From NCBI GenBank assembly GCA_008690995.1, contig VRMN01000001.1:1612001-1676000 (forward strand): a stretch of DNA of 64,000 nt. The letters run 5' to 3'. The DNA is from Porphyridium purpureum. Its lineage: Eukaryota. The notes beneath the pieces were generated by a model, which saw nothing but the letters and a program-made list of their open reading frames with translations, did no database searches and had not been told where the DNA came from. Of the stretch, positions 41,213 through 52,300 are shown in pieces (the first letter of the stretch is position 1; every line of letters begins with the position of its first letter). The translations under genes and the position numbers were made by a program.

Positions 41213-42543
41213 AGCTTGTCAACTGCTCCCAGCACTTCCACGCTCTCATTCCCGAAAACGACCACCCTATCAGAAAGCACGCGGGATTTTGTCCATGCAG
41301 ACCCTATCATGCTGCCGAAACCTATTTTTGGAAACCACGTGCTGAGCGCGCACCAACTGAAGATGCGGCCATGTGCACAGTTCGCCGTCACCGCTCACTC
41401 ACAGCGTCACCGTCGCTGTCTCGTCACCATGCTTATCACGCGCGCGATCTCCACCGCATGACACGCCCCGTTCCACACGACGCACACGTGCACGCTCCGC
41501 CGCACACGCACTTCCACACGCCCGACTCCAAGACCAGCCCCTCCTCTTCGCACCGCTTTCGGCGCGCGCGCCCTTGAATTTCTCGTCAGGCCACACTGTA
41601 CCGCTCTGTACCAAAACCCACCCACTTTACTGCATGACGCGCATGCTGACACTGAACCTCCTTTGCGTTGCGCCGTGCGTGTTCGTCTTTGAGAAACGCC
41701 GCGATCGCGTTTTTGAGGCGGGTGAAAGAAAAAAACAGCAACCGCCTTTTGTGATTTCCGTGGCAAAAAGGGCCGAAAAAATGAAGATGGACTGTACTCG
41801 AAGTGTACACGTTTTCGCACTGTCGGAAGCAGAAAATCCTTCGTGGCGTGTCAAGTGAGATGACTGTGCTCTTGTTTGCTTCTGGTGTGAGGCGGAAGGG
41901 GCACGGCACCGATCAATTACCCTCGTTTCGAAAACGGCGGATGCCAACGCCGCTCCACAACACGCTACGCCAGTGGCGCGTGTGGAATGACGCCGTCAGC
42001 GCAAAACTGGTGCTTGCCAGCAAGCAAGGGTCGGTCGCCGACGTGATCCACTAGCCTTCTCGGACACCTGGCTCCGAGGGTTTTCTTCTGCAGATGACGT
42101 TTTGCCATTTCGGGCGCCCGCGCGCGAATTTGGTATCGTTGTCATGGTGTCCTGCGGGTGTTCCCGCTCTCCAGTCCGGGAGTCTGAATGTCGACGCGCG
42201 GCCAGAGTCCGCACAGTTGGCTATAAATAGGCAGCACACGGCCGCGCAACAGATAGCGACAAGCTGGAGCCGAGGTCGTCAGGGTCGGAGTGACTGTTGA
42301 AACAGGCAAGCTGCATCAAAGGGGAGTGACGCAAGCAGGCGACAATCCGTATTTTCCTGTACGTGGCGACTGTTTCCAAGCGTATTGTTCCTAGAAGTCT
42401 GCCGGTCTGGCCTCGTCAGTTGCCCGCGAAAGCCGTGCGTACGGGACTGTGATCATCAGCCAGCATACAAGCTTGAAGAGCCCGGCCTGCGGTCATCGTC
42501 TATTACAGCTTTGGCTTTACGGGGTTGAACGTCCACCATTGCA

Positions 42544-43797
42544 ATGTCTAGACGAAGCACATGGTGGCCGGTGGTGTCAGCGCTCGCGGTGCTGGCGGTC
42601 CTTGCTCTGTGGCCCGGAGCCGCGGCACAGAGTGTGCCAATTGGCGGCGGTGTCATCTACGGCGCCGAGCGCGACTTGACAGAGAAGAACTTTTACACGA
42701 TTAGTACTGGAGAAGATGTGCCAAGCATCACACTTCTGGCCAACATGACACAGCGCGCAATGGAAGACGAGGATTTTCCCACGCAGTGCTTTGGCTACAT
42801 GAATCCAGACATGACGGGCGGGTTCAACGACTTTACACCCAATGCGCTGGCATTTGACGGCAGCTTTCGACTGTTCTTTGCAGCGTGGGACATTACTGTT
42901 GACCCTTCTCAAATCAGGTCACGTTTGTGCTTCTTTTCACTGTTCAGCGACCGCTTCTTCTTCGTGCAGTTGTTCCCAGACCTGCTTGTGGGCGCCACGT
43001 TCGACCAGACCACGTATAACTACATCTACATCCGCGAGGGCGCCCCGCGACCAAACGGCTTTCTAGAGCTCGTCTCGGTATCGCTGGACCGTACCACAGC
43101 GCGTGTGATAAGCATGATGACCGAGTCAACGTTTGTGGACGCCACTGGCGGCACCCTCCAGGCGCCGGGGCAGGTCTTCAAGACGTATCGGGGCGGCGAC
43201 ATGGCTGTTGACTGCAACGGTGTGTTGTTCGCGTCGAGTGTCGGAACAGGAGGTGGAAATAAGATGTTTTTCAGTATTGGCCTTCGCAACACCTCAGAGC
43301 CAGGTTCTCAGAACGTGTTCCGTTTGATTCACGAGGACCCTGCCGCGAACAACGGCCTGACGGGCTTTGCCGACAGCGACCAACTGGCGTTCGACCAACT
43401 AGGACGGTTGATCAGCCAGGATAGTGAACGCGGCATCTTCAGTGTTGTGAATGAGGTGACGGGAGCAAACGGAGAGCTGGGCGTCGAGGGTGTGGACTTT
43501 GTGCGCTTTTTTGACAACGGCCAGTTGCGCACGTTTTCGGACCTTGCGTCGTTTCTGGATTGCGGCGTAGTCGTCCAGTGCGTTGAAGTCGAGGTTATTG
43601 ACCAGTGCGACGAAGAACGCATGGTCACGGTGCTCGAGCCGCAAGACGGCGGCGACGTTCCGTGCCGCTCTGTGCAGGGCCAGTGCAGAATGCCACCGGA
43701 GTGTACCGATGAAGTGGACTGCGTGTACTTTATCCGAGCGCAAACGCAGCAGATGCCAGACGACGCCTTTGGTCTTCAGCGCATTTTCGGCGCTTAA
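42544..43797 (+). CDS. Secreted hypothetical protein, beta-propeller-like, with a Cys-rich C-terminus
   Basis: Signal peptide ending AAA; blade-like repeats NALAFDG, GDMAVDCNG, QLAFDQLG, SDLAS; TATAAAT at 42222. Confidence 0.65.
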   Translation: MSRRSTWWPVVSALAVLAVLALWPGAAAQSVPIGGGVIYGAERDLTEKNFYTISTGEDVPSITLLANMTQRAMEDEDFPTQCFGYMNPDMTGGFNDFTPNALAFDGSFRLFFAAWDITVDPSQIRSRLCFFSLFSDRFFFVQLFPDLLVGATFDQTTYNYIYIREGAPRPNGFLELVSVSLDRTTARVISMMTESTFVDATGGTLQAPGQVFKTYRGGDMAVDCNGVLFASSVGTGGGNKMFFSIGLRNTSEPGSQNVFRLIHEDPAANNGLTGFADSDQLAFDQLGRLISQDSERGIFSVVNEVTGANGELGVEGVDFVRFFDNGQLRTFSDLASFLDCGVVVQCVEVEVIDQCDEERMVTVLEPQDGGDVPCRSVQGQCRMPPECTDEVDCVYFIRAQTQQMPDDAFGLQRIFGA

Positions 43798-44385
43798 CAG
43801 ATGCTCTTTTCCCGTCCAAGATCCTGCCTTAACTTGAAGCCAGCTAGCGAATGACTTTTTACGACTAAATGTAAACATTTTTGGATAGCTCTAAGACTAC
43901 TCTGCGCGGTAACTCGCCTCTCGTGCTCCCTTTCAACTGCTTATCGACAGAGATACGAGCACTCGGCTTGCAAAACTCTCATGACTCGAGCGAGGTCATT
44001 CCGCCCTACAGAGAGAGCACGAGCGTGGCGGCGCCGGCCCTTGCGAAGCCGGTTGCTCGTCATGAGAGCCTACCGAACAGCGAGGCGGGACCTTGACCAT
44101 GCCGAACAGACGGCCACCGACTGGGTCATTGCGTCATTCCTTTTCCAGACCCGCGGCAGCGACTGCGAGACGTGCAGTCCGGCGCGTGCACGCTCAGTTC
44201 GGCGCGCATGTACCGGTCCGGGTGTTCTGCGAGACAGACATGCGCACGCGTTTCTGGGACAGCACGACACACAAAAACACAAACACACACTTGCCAGCGT
44301 TCAACCGAGCGAGCGTTGCCATCGACCGTTGCCAGCACCCCAAAAACAACCCGCCTCTAAACCTCCCCAGCGCATGTTCTCTCTA

Positions 44386-44394
44386 TGTGTGTGT

Positions 44395-44441
<47 letters not shown>
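44386..44441. repeat. (GT)n microsatellite
   Basis: About 27 GT units with one interruption, about 90 bp upstream of the TATA box at 44531. Confidence 0.95.
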
Positions 44442-44442
<1 letters not shown>

Positions 44443-44621
44443 TGAATATGTTGCCGTGCCAATGTTAAGTGTCTTGCTCTCGCGCGCCATCCCGGTGCTG
44501 CTCAGATTTTACGAGACTGCGAGTTCGGGGTATAAAAAGGCGGTGTTGATGTGCTGGGAGGTAAGAGGTTGAGTGTGGGTTGGGGAAACGGAGAGAGGGT
44601 GAAGTGAGTGGGAGGAAAAGG

Positions 44622-46544
44622 ATGGCTGCTACTGTTGCTGCCGCTTCTGTTGGTGGTGGTTCTGCCGCTGCTGGTGGTGGTGGTGTGATGGCGGACTGGG
44701 ACGTGAAGATCGAGTATGGAGGGGAGATTCGGCGTGCGCAGCTGAGCACGGGCGAGCGTGAGGACCTAAAGTTGGAGCAGCTTGATGGGCAGCTGCGCAG
44801 CATGTACGGCGCCGACGTCGGCGTCGCCACGCAAAAGGTGTTCTACAAGGACGACGAGGGCGACCTCGTGCGGCTGACGCACGAGGACGAGCTCCGTGTC
44901 GCGTGCGCACTGGCTCGCGAGTGCGCGCCACAGGGAAAGAGACCGTGTTTGCGCCTCGTGCTCACGCCACTGCACGCGGCCGCGCCGGCCGCGGGACAGA
45001 AGCGCGCGGCCGCCGACTCGGTGCCTGCAGCAACTGCACCCGCAGCGGCTTCCGGAATGGCGTCGCCAGCTTCTTATCAGGTGGTTGGCGACATGTTTGA
45101 CATGGCAAGCCAGTTCATGGGCGCTCTTCCGCCAGAGCTTGGTGCATTGGCAGGCGCGTTTATGGGTGGAGGACCCCAACAGGAACCACAGAGGCTTCCA
45201 TTTGGCCCGCCGCGGGGACCACCACCATCGTTTCAGTGGGGCCGTGGGCGCGGAGGATGTGGCCGTGGAGGCGGCATGCGCAACAAAATGCGCCGTCTCG
45301 CGTCAGAAACATCACCAGAGACAGTTGCTGCGGTCATTGCTGCGGGTATGGCCTTGTGGACGGCCGGCGAGCTCCCCAAACTCATGGGTATGGTGCCTCA
45401 GCTTGCCTCGCCTGTGCGCTTGCTTGCTCAGGAAATGGGAAAGGAAGGTGACGACCAGAATCAGAATCCCGACCCACATCGCTATGATGAAATCTTTGTG
45501 GACCCAGTGGTCGCCAAGATGTTCGAGGCAGGCATCTCGGAGGCCAGCGTTGAGAAAGTGCAGGTCGCGATGCGCGCCGTGCTTGGTGAGAAGGTGCTGC
45601 GCAGTGTGATGCCGTGGATTGCGAAGAAGCTGACGCGGATGGTGGAGCCTGACATGAGCCGCCTGCATCCGCAGGTGGTGTGCGACAGGTGCGACATGGC
45701 GCCTTTGATTGGGCCGCGCTTTCGCTGCATGAAATGTGATGATTTTGATCTCTGCGAGTCATGCTTCGACACGTTCAGTGAGGAGCAGCATGTGGATGGC
45801 TCGCATCGCAAAGCGGAAGATTTTCTCAGGATCGAGCGTCCTTGGGACCCGAGGACTCGCGATGAGCCACCAAGGCTGGTTCCAGACGCGCCGCTGAATG
45901 AGGGCGACATGGGTCCATCTGTCGTTCATCTGAAGAGCGTGCTGGTGGACCTCGGTCTGTTCTCTTCGGAAGCCTTGAAGAAATGGCATGCTATGCGTTT
46001 TGGTCCCGCGCTGCGAGAAGTGCTGCTGGCGTTGAAACGCGAGCACGGAATTGAGAGCGAAAGTGGTGCGACATATGACGCAGTCACCCGCGCAACCTTG
46101 CTGTCCATGGTCGAGGCCAAGCGCGAAGAGGCATCATCTTCTAGCCGTGGTGCGGCTTCGAGCACTAGCTCGGCTGCCGGACAGGGAACAACACCAACGC
46201 CTGCTCCGACGGCAGCGGCAAGCTCCTCTTCGTTACCAGTTGATTCTCAAACTGGCGACAACACGGTTTCGATGGAAACGACTGCGGCGCCTATTTACTT
46301 GCCGGACGCACCGCTGTACGCTTTCGAAAAGAGTGACAAAGTCGTTGCGTTGAAAAAGGCAATGACTGCGCTTGGTTTGTTTCCGCTGGCCAACAGTGGT
46401 CCGCTGTTTGGAACAGCGCTGCAGAACGCAGTCATGAAACTGAAGAAAGACAACGGACTGGAAAATGCGTCCGATCCGACGTACGATGATGCCGTTCGCG
46501 CCGTACTGGAGAGGCTGGCGAATCGCCGAGAGGTGAGCATGTGA
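44622..46544 (+). CDS. p62/NBR1-like PB1 + ZZ zinc finger protein with two C-terminal peptidoglycan-binding-like (PG_binding_1) domains; alternative start 44688
   Basis: VKIEYGGEIRR...YKDDEGDLVRL (PB1); HPQVVCDRC...RFRCMKCDDFDLCESC (ZZ); two repeats of PDAPL....V..LK..L..LGLF...FG..L...K..G.....YD...RA.L; TATAAAAA at 44531. Confidence 0.85.
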   Translation: MAATVAAASVGGGSAAAGGGGVMADWDVKIEYGGEIRRAQLSTGEREDLKLEQLDGQLRSMYGADVGVATQKVFYKDDEGDLVRLTHEDELRVACALARECAPQGKRPCLRLVLTPLHAAAPAAGQKRAAADSVPAATAPAAASGMASPASYQVVGDMFDMASQFMGALPPELGALAGAFMGGGPQQEPQRLPFGPPRGPPPSFQWGRGRGGCGRGGGMRNKMRRLASETSPETVAAVIAAGMALWTAGELPKLMGMVPQLASPVRLLAQEMGKEGDDQNQNPDPHRYDEIFVDPVVAKMFEAGISEASVEKVQVAMRAVLGEKVLRSVMPWIAKKLTRMVEPDMSRLHPQVVCDRCDMAPLIGPRFRCMKCDDFDLCESCFDTFSEEQHVDGSHRKAEDFLRIERPWDPRTRDEPPRLVPDAPLNEGDMGPSVVHLKSVLVDLGLFSSEALKKWHAMRFGPALREVLLALKREHGIESESGATYDAVTRATLLSMVEAKREEASSSSRGAASSTSSAAGQGTTPTPAPTAAASSSSLPVDSQTGDNTVSMETTAAPIYLPDAPLYAFEKSDKVVALKKAMTALGLFPLANSGPLFGTALQNAVMKLKKDNGLENASDPTYDDAVRAVLERLANRREVSM

Positions 46545-46813
46545 GTTTGGGTGATGTTTCAATGCTAGGTGGCGGGTTGAATTTCATTTTTTTTTCTCCC
46601 ACGTGGTTTTTTTTTGGTTTCACGCCGCGCCACAAGTTGCTCCCTTTTCGACTTTTGCTTTCTCCTTTGTTGCCTTCTTTCTATCTTTTCCAGTCCTGCG
46701 CCGAGAGTGCTGTGTGCATGGTGTTCTCCATGAGAATACACCTAGTCCATTAAATTGTGATTTGCCGATTCAACCCCCGCGTGGCTACAGCGCTCAGTGT
46801 ATTATCTTCTGCT

Positions 46814-47983
46814 TTATTCTGATAGGAAATAGCCGAGCAGATCCGACAGGCTGAGAACGCCTTCAAGGGAGCCCGTGTTGGATACAAAGTACAGGCGGTA
46901 CGATTGCGCGGCCTCAAAGCGCTCGAAAATTTGGCGGAGCGTTTCGCTCCTCCGGCATGTGCAAACCTGCACTGGCACTTGCCGAAATGTACGAATGGCG
47001 TCGGAGATGCACATCTCCAGGTTGATTAGCGCAATTTCCTGAACCAAGCTGCACGCGTCGCTGCGTGAGTACTCATCCAGAACCATGCCATGCTCGTCGA
47101 TCACCGGCACCGCATTGATGCCGCGCGACATCATGAGGTCAAACGCACGCCGGATTGGTTCCGAGTAGGTCACAGTGGCAAGATCGTGAAAGGTGCCGAT
47201 TCTTAGCTGGGCAACAGTGAGATCAAAAAGCTCGCGCCCGTCAGATGAAGACTCTCCGCCCACACCTTGCATGGACGCAATGGTGCCTGCGCTTCCACCG
47301 GCCGCTAAACTAGTGGACGAGCCGAGTCGTACGTGCTTCGCCACATGCTGGTGCACAAACCGCAAAACACTTAGATGCGAAAGAAGATATAGGATCATTT
47401 GCTCGCGCTGCGAGTAGATGGGGACGCTCTGTATACGTCTTTCCTGTAGCAAGCAGCACGCAACGTACAGCGAGTCCTCTGCAGCCACGAAAGTAGGTGT
47501 GAGCTCTATCCTATTCATCATTTCGGGTGATGCCAGCGCGCCCTCACCTGCGCCAATGGGCGTAACGTCACCCGGCGCCGGCCGCCCGCCGCTCTTTTCC
47601 CACATGGCTTTGAGATGGAGCCATGCTTTCACTTTTTGATGCTCCAACGCATGCGTCAAAAGCATGCGCATATCTGTGGTACTACTGCTCTTGTATAAGT
47701 AATGCGTCGCAAGCTCGATGAAATCTGCGCGGCTGAGCACACCCACATACGTGAGCCTCTGCGGGTCCCACACCGGCACGGCCGTCGCGGCGTTCTCTTG
47801 CAAGGTCTGAAACGCTGTACGAAGCGACAAGTTGCAGTCCAGCACAACGACTTTTGAGGATTCCGGCACTAAATCCTCCGTCAGGCACGATTTCATAAAG
47901 TCAGCCACATGAGAGCGAATCCGCGCGACGGCCTCGCTATCTTCAAGCTCCATAGGCTCAACGCCTTCTACCTCCATATCCAT
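46814..47983 (-). CDS. SNF4: SNF4/AMPK-gamma-like CBS-domain protein
   Basis: PESSKVVVLD..L....AF..L.EN...VP.WD.....VG.LS..DFI; IGTF; AVPVIDE.G; YSRSD; GVLSLSDLL.Y. Confidence 0.85.
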   Translation of the reverse strand: MDMEVEGVEPMELEDSEAVARIRSHVADFMKSCLTEDLVPESSKVVVLDCNLSLRTAFQTLQENAATAVPVWDPQRLTYVGVLSRADFIELATHYLYKSSSTTDMRMLLTHALEHQKVKAWLHLKAMWEKSGGRPAPGDVTPIGAGEGALASPEMMNRIELTPTFVAAEDSLYVACCLLQERRIQSVPIYSQREQMILYLLSHLSVLRFVHQHVAKHVRLGSSTSLAAGGSAGTIASMQGVGGESSSDGRELFDLTVAQLRIGTFHDLATVTYSEPIRRAFDLMMSRGINAVPVIDEHGMVLDEYSRSDACSLVQEIALINLEMCISDAIRTFRQVPVQVCTCRRSETLRQIFERFEAAQSYRLYFVSNTGSLEGVLSLSDLLGYFLSE

Positions 47984-48473
47984 GACGCGCGATGCACACA
48001 CGCACAGGAACACTACTTCGAAATTCCCTCTGCGCGGTCACTCGTGGTCCGGTGTGACACACGCGCTTCAACTCCTACGTCAAAGCCTTGTCCACCTGCC
48101 GCCGCGCTGGCCCGACACCTCCGTCACAAACTTCCCTGACGCGACGATCAGCTGGCCCAAGCCCATGCACGCAAATACCCGCAGCGTGATCAAGTGCACT
48201 CGCCACACGCAGCACCGTCGCACGCCCGCACGCACGACGCAAACGAGCCGCGCCCGCGACACAAACCGAGCTTCCGGCGCGCCACAAACTCCCTCACGAT
48301 CTTCTCCACCACTACTCACCGCGCAGCCCGCGTATCTTTTCAAACTGTACTGAGCACGCACGATACTTAGAGTCTCCGTTCTGCGCAGCCCAAGCACGCC
48401 CTCCTCCCGGCGCAGTCCGCACTCGACGCCGATGCGTTACCGCACTGCCCGCACTTCTCGGCCGTCGTCAATC

Positions 48474-48513
48474 TTTGCTCTTGCTCTTGCTCTTGCTCTT
48501 GCCGTTGCTCTTC
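48474..48513. repeat. (TTGCTC)n hexamer repeat
   Basis: Read directly from the sequence. Confidence 0.7.
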
Positions 48514-48960
48514 TTCTTCTCCGCCTTCTCCCATCGCCCTCTCCTTCTCTCCCCGCGCACGAGCGCCTCTCTTCCCGATCGCTCGCGCCTTCAAACAACA
48601 AACTTAATTAATGCCGAAAGACATTAAAATACTAGAGGTACAGTGTGTACACTCAGCAACCACTTGTTTAACATCGGTCGCACCTTATTTTAATGTTAAA
48701 CATTGGCCCCGCATTCAAAGATGACAGACCCTGTTCAATGATGATGTCGCCCGAGGTGGTGTGGATGTGTGAGTGGTGCGAGTTCGCGGGCGTCGCATTG
48801 TTCGCAGCGTACGCAGCCAGCGTCGTGTGCGAAGGGCAGGCCATAGACCTTCTGGCAACGGCTTGGACTTGCTTTTGACAAGCTCTGGTGCTCTGTTTCT
48901 CCTCTCGAGTGACAAGGCACTTGGTGAGGTTCGGCGGACAGCACGCCGTTCCAAGTCACA

Positions 48961-49203
48961 ATGGACAAGCTTCCGAAGACTGAGACCGAAGCCGCGCCGG
49001 ACGCGATGCGTGCTGCGTTCCATAAGTATATGGATGACACAAAGCTGGCCGACATCATGAGTGCGGCCGTCGCCGATTTGTACGAGTTGGAGCCGCATGA
49101 ACGGCCAGAAGATCCCGTCGCGTTTGTCTGCGAGCGAATGAAAGTTCACCAGCACGCATTTGCGCACGCTGACGCGTCCCATGCGCGTGAAAATGGCTCC
49201 TAG
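48961..49203 (+). CDS. Small MYCBP/AMY-1-like dimerisation/docking-domain protein
   Basis: R..F.KY.....L.D....AV..LYE....P.DPV.F pattern. Confidence 0.6.
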   Translation: MDKLPKTETEAAPDAMRAAFHKYMDDTKLADIMSAAVADLYELEPHERPEDPVAFVCERMKVHQHAFAHADASHARENGS

Positions 49204-49327
49204 CTCAGTGCCTATCGCCTGCGCTGTGTTCTTATGATGTGAAATCACGTTGTACTCATAAACTGGAAAAAATGTGCTCCACCACATCCTCCTGCCTGAG
49301 AGAGAGTGCGCATGCGAAAGTTCGGCC

Positions 49328-52300
49328 ATGACGGCGCGGTCACACCGACTGCTTTCAGAATGGAGCCAGCTAGTTCTTCCACCTCTTGCCGCGCTGCAGC
49401 TCATGCTGCTTCTGCTGGCTCCGCTCGCCGCTGTGTTGGGTAGCGCACTGTTTGCGTGCGCGTACGTGCTCGACGCGCGCTGGCGGCTGATTCACGGAAG
49501 GAGCACCGGGGCGCTTGCGTGCGGCGCGGCGCTGCTGGAATGGGTTATGACCCTGCTTCGCGTGGCCGAGCTTCACGCGGATGCGTATGGTGCCGTCGCG
49601 ATGGCTGGACCGGGCGGATTGATTTTGAAGGAAGTGCAAATAACGCTCGCATTCAGTGCCAAATGGCTGGCCCTCTATATCGTCTTGAACGCTCATCGAT
49701 TCGATTCCGACAAGCATGAGAGTGATAATAAGCATTTACTTCAATGGTTGCGCATGAGTGTCGCGCTGTGTGTTCCCATGTCGATTTCATGCTTGATGTG
49801 CGCAGCAGCCAGCAGGCCCGCCCTCACAAGTGACCAAGTGTCAACAGATGATCTGAGCGGGTATGTCTGGACGCATGCTTTGGCTGCGAGCCTTGTCGTC
49901 GCTTCGTTGGCATTTGCTGCGTGTCGACATCAGAAAGCTGGTGTTCAAGTGGGGTTGAATGAGAGCGCATCGAGTTCTTCATCTGCGTTGCTTTCCTACG
50001 GCCCGCAGGACTGCGCAGAAGGCCACGATCATCTTCTGAGTAACGGAGAGGCCTTGGCCCTCATTTCTCTGTGTGCAATGATTCCTGTTTTCTCATACTT
50101 GGGCTCCTATCAAACAGACTGGCATCGCGTCACCTTTCTCGATATCGCCTTGTTTCTTTGTCCAGTCGGGTTTGGGGCCTGCGCCGGCAGTCGGCGGTTT
50201 TCGCTGCTAGCGGGCCTTTGTGCTGCTATGAGCACGTGCTGCTTTACGGTCAGAGCCGTGCTTCCGTGGCTCGTTGTGGGCGATCTTAAAGTCTTTCATG
50301 CGCTTCACAACGATGCAGTCCTCTTGATTTGCCTGTGTCTGTTCTGTGTCTTTCTCGTGAGCAGCACCCGGGCATGGACACTCAATGCATATCATGATAC
50401 ACTTTTGCCCCAGACGAGTCGCGAGAATGACAGCACGTCCACGTTCGACTCAAAGCTTCGCAGGGCCGCGCTGGAATCCTTTCGAGCGGCACACAGTCTG
50501 GCACTCGTGTGGACGCTGAACAGTATCCGTGTGTATCTAGGCGGATACGAAATCTGGGGTTCCGTACGAGACACAATGAGTCTAGTCTTGCTCTCCGTTG
50601 GCGGTACCATCACATGCATGATTCTGTGCCTGTGGGGATTCTGGCTGCTTGGGTCAGGCGGCTTTATCTCAGAAAGCTCGAGTGAAGTACATGCAGTTGG
50701 ATGCCTGGCGCATGCATTATTGTGGTTTGTACACGAATTCATGCTTCGCACGGTAGAACCTCGAGCTTGGAATGTCCGGATAGGTGGTATGTCCGTATTG
50801 CTCGGTGTGATGGCGACCATGTCATCATACCACTTGCTGTGTGCAGTACGCACGGGTCGCCGCGAAGGTGGCTCTGCAGGCTCTGTCGCAATTGAGGAAA
50901 CATCAGCTTTCGAGCGGCTCGTCATTGACGTTTCGCTCCGAACGCATCTTGGGCGGCTTGTCATGGTCGTCCCGGGGACCTTGTCATGGACTACCGTGTT
51001 GATCGGATTCTTGTTCTTCCAGCTGTTGCCACTGCCTTTTTTTCTTCAAGGGTGGCTCGCACCGGTGGACCTATTGCAGAGATTTCTGGTGCGTTTGGAT
51101 GCATTGCTTCGGCGTCCGCACTTAGGAGGGGATACACCGAGCGCCGCTCCTGCACTGGAGAGCAAGCGCAAGTCTGTGGTTCCTCTTGGGATTGTTCGCT
51201 GGATTTCCGGCGCGGGTTGTGCCGTATACCTGTCTCTGGCGTGCGTTCCTGCACTCAGTGACTACGGAGTCGTCGAGGCGTTTCCCATGTACACATGCAT
51301 TGCGTTGCTTCTTGCCCTCAGCAGTGCTACTGTCTCTCTGTATGCCGCAGCATCAATAGTTCTGTTGGCCTCCATCGCCATGCTTGCAAATACATGGGGT
51401 CTGATTTGCGGTTGCGCCTTTGCCGCGCATGTGGTGTCGCGTACGTACTCGGTAACTCAGACACTAGCTAGTGTGTTGGCTCTTGTATGCGGCGTGGCGC
51501 TAGGTCTGACCGTTGTATCTTCCGGGGGGCCCCTGTCCTTGAGCCCTATGCATGCTTGCGCAGTCGTGTTCATAATAGCGAGCTCGTCATTCCTTCTTCT
51601 CGAATACTTTAGCCTGTCGTCTGCACAGGTGCAGCAAAGCTCAATGGATGCACGCACTCTGCGTAAACTGCACGCTGGGCGCTTGGTGATGCTCGCGAGT
51701 CACGGTGGAGCACTTGCCCTGTGGGTTGCATGGGAGTGCGGCTTGCTTTCAAAGTACTACGGTAACGCACGTGACGCTGAAGTCTTCGCGCACCTGCTAC
51801 TGGTCGCATCTACATCGGCTTGTCTTACGGCACTGACTCTATACTCCGATGAGCAGGCGCAGAGGTGCTGGATGCTCCGCATGGAAACCCAGCCGCGACC
51901 CGAAAACGCGCGGGGTTTGCGTGGAAGCAGTCGACTCAACGCAAGGCATCTGCTTGCGCCAGTGAGAAATCTTGTTCTTCCCATGGCATGCTTAGGTTAC
52001 GTGCTCGGATCAATAGTGTGCATTCAGAGCTTCGGCTCTTGCGAGATCCCACTTGTCCTGTTATGCCCACTTTTGACTCTGCAAGCAGGCACGACGAATG
52101 CGCCTGAATTTGGGCACAGGGTAAAAGTGGCGCCTGGGTGGAGCCACAAAAATGCTGTTCTCGAGCAAAGCAGTGCCGGTCTGGATGAGAAACCGTACCG
52201 CTTGGCGGTCACGACTCTGGTCGTGGAGCTGTATGTGGTGGCCTTGCTGCGGATCGCAGGCGTCCTGCCCCATTCCGGTCTTGCGATGAAAAACCTCGCC

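Noticed and set aside
48367..48594. E/Q-rich ORF upstream of SNF4
   Set aside because: Its composition is explained by the hexamer repeat. It could be UTR, a uORF or an exon, but I could not establish a splice join.
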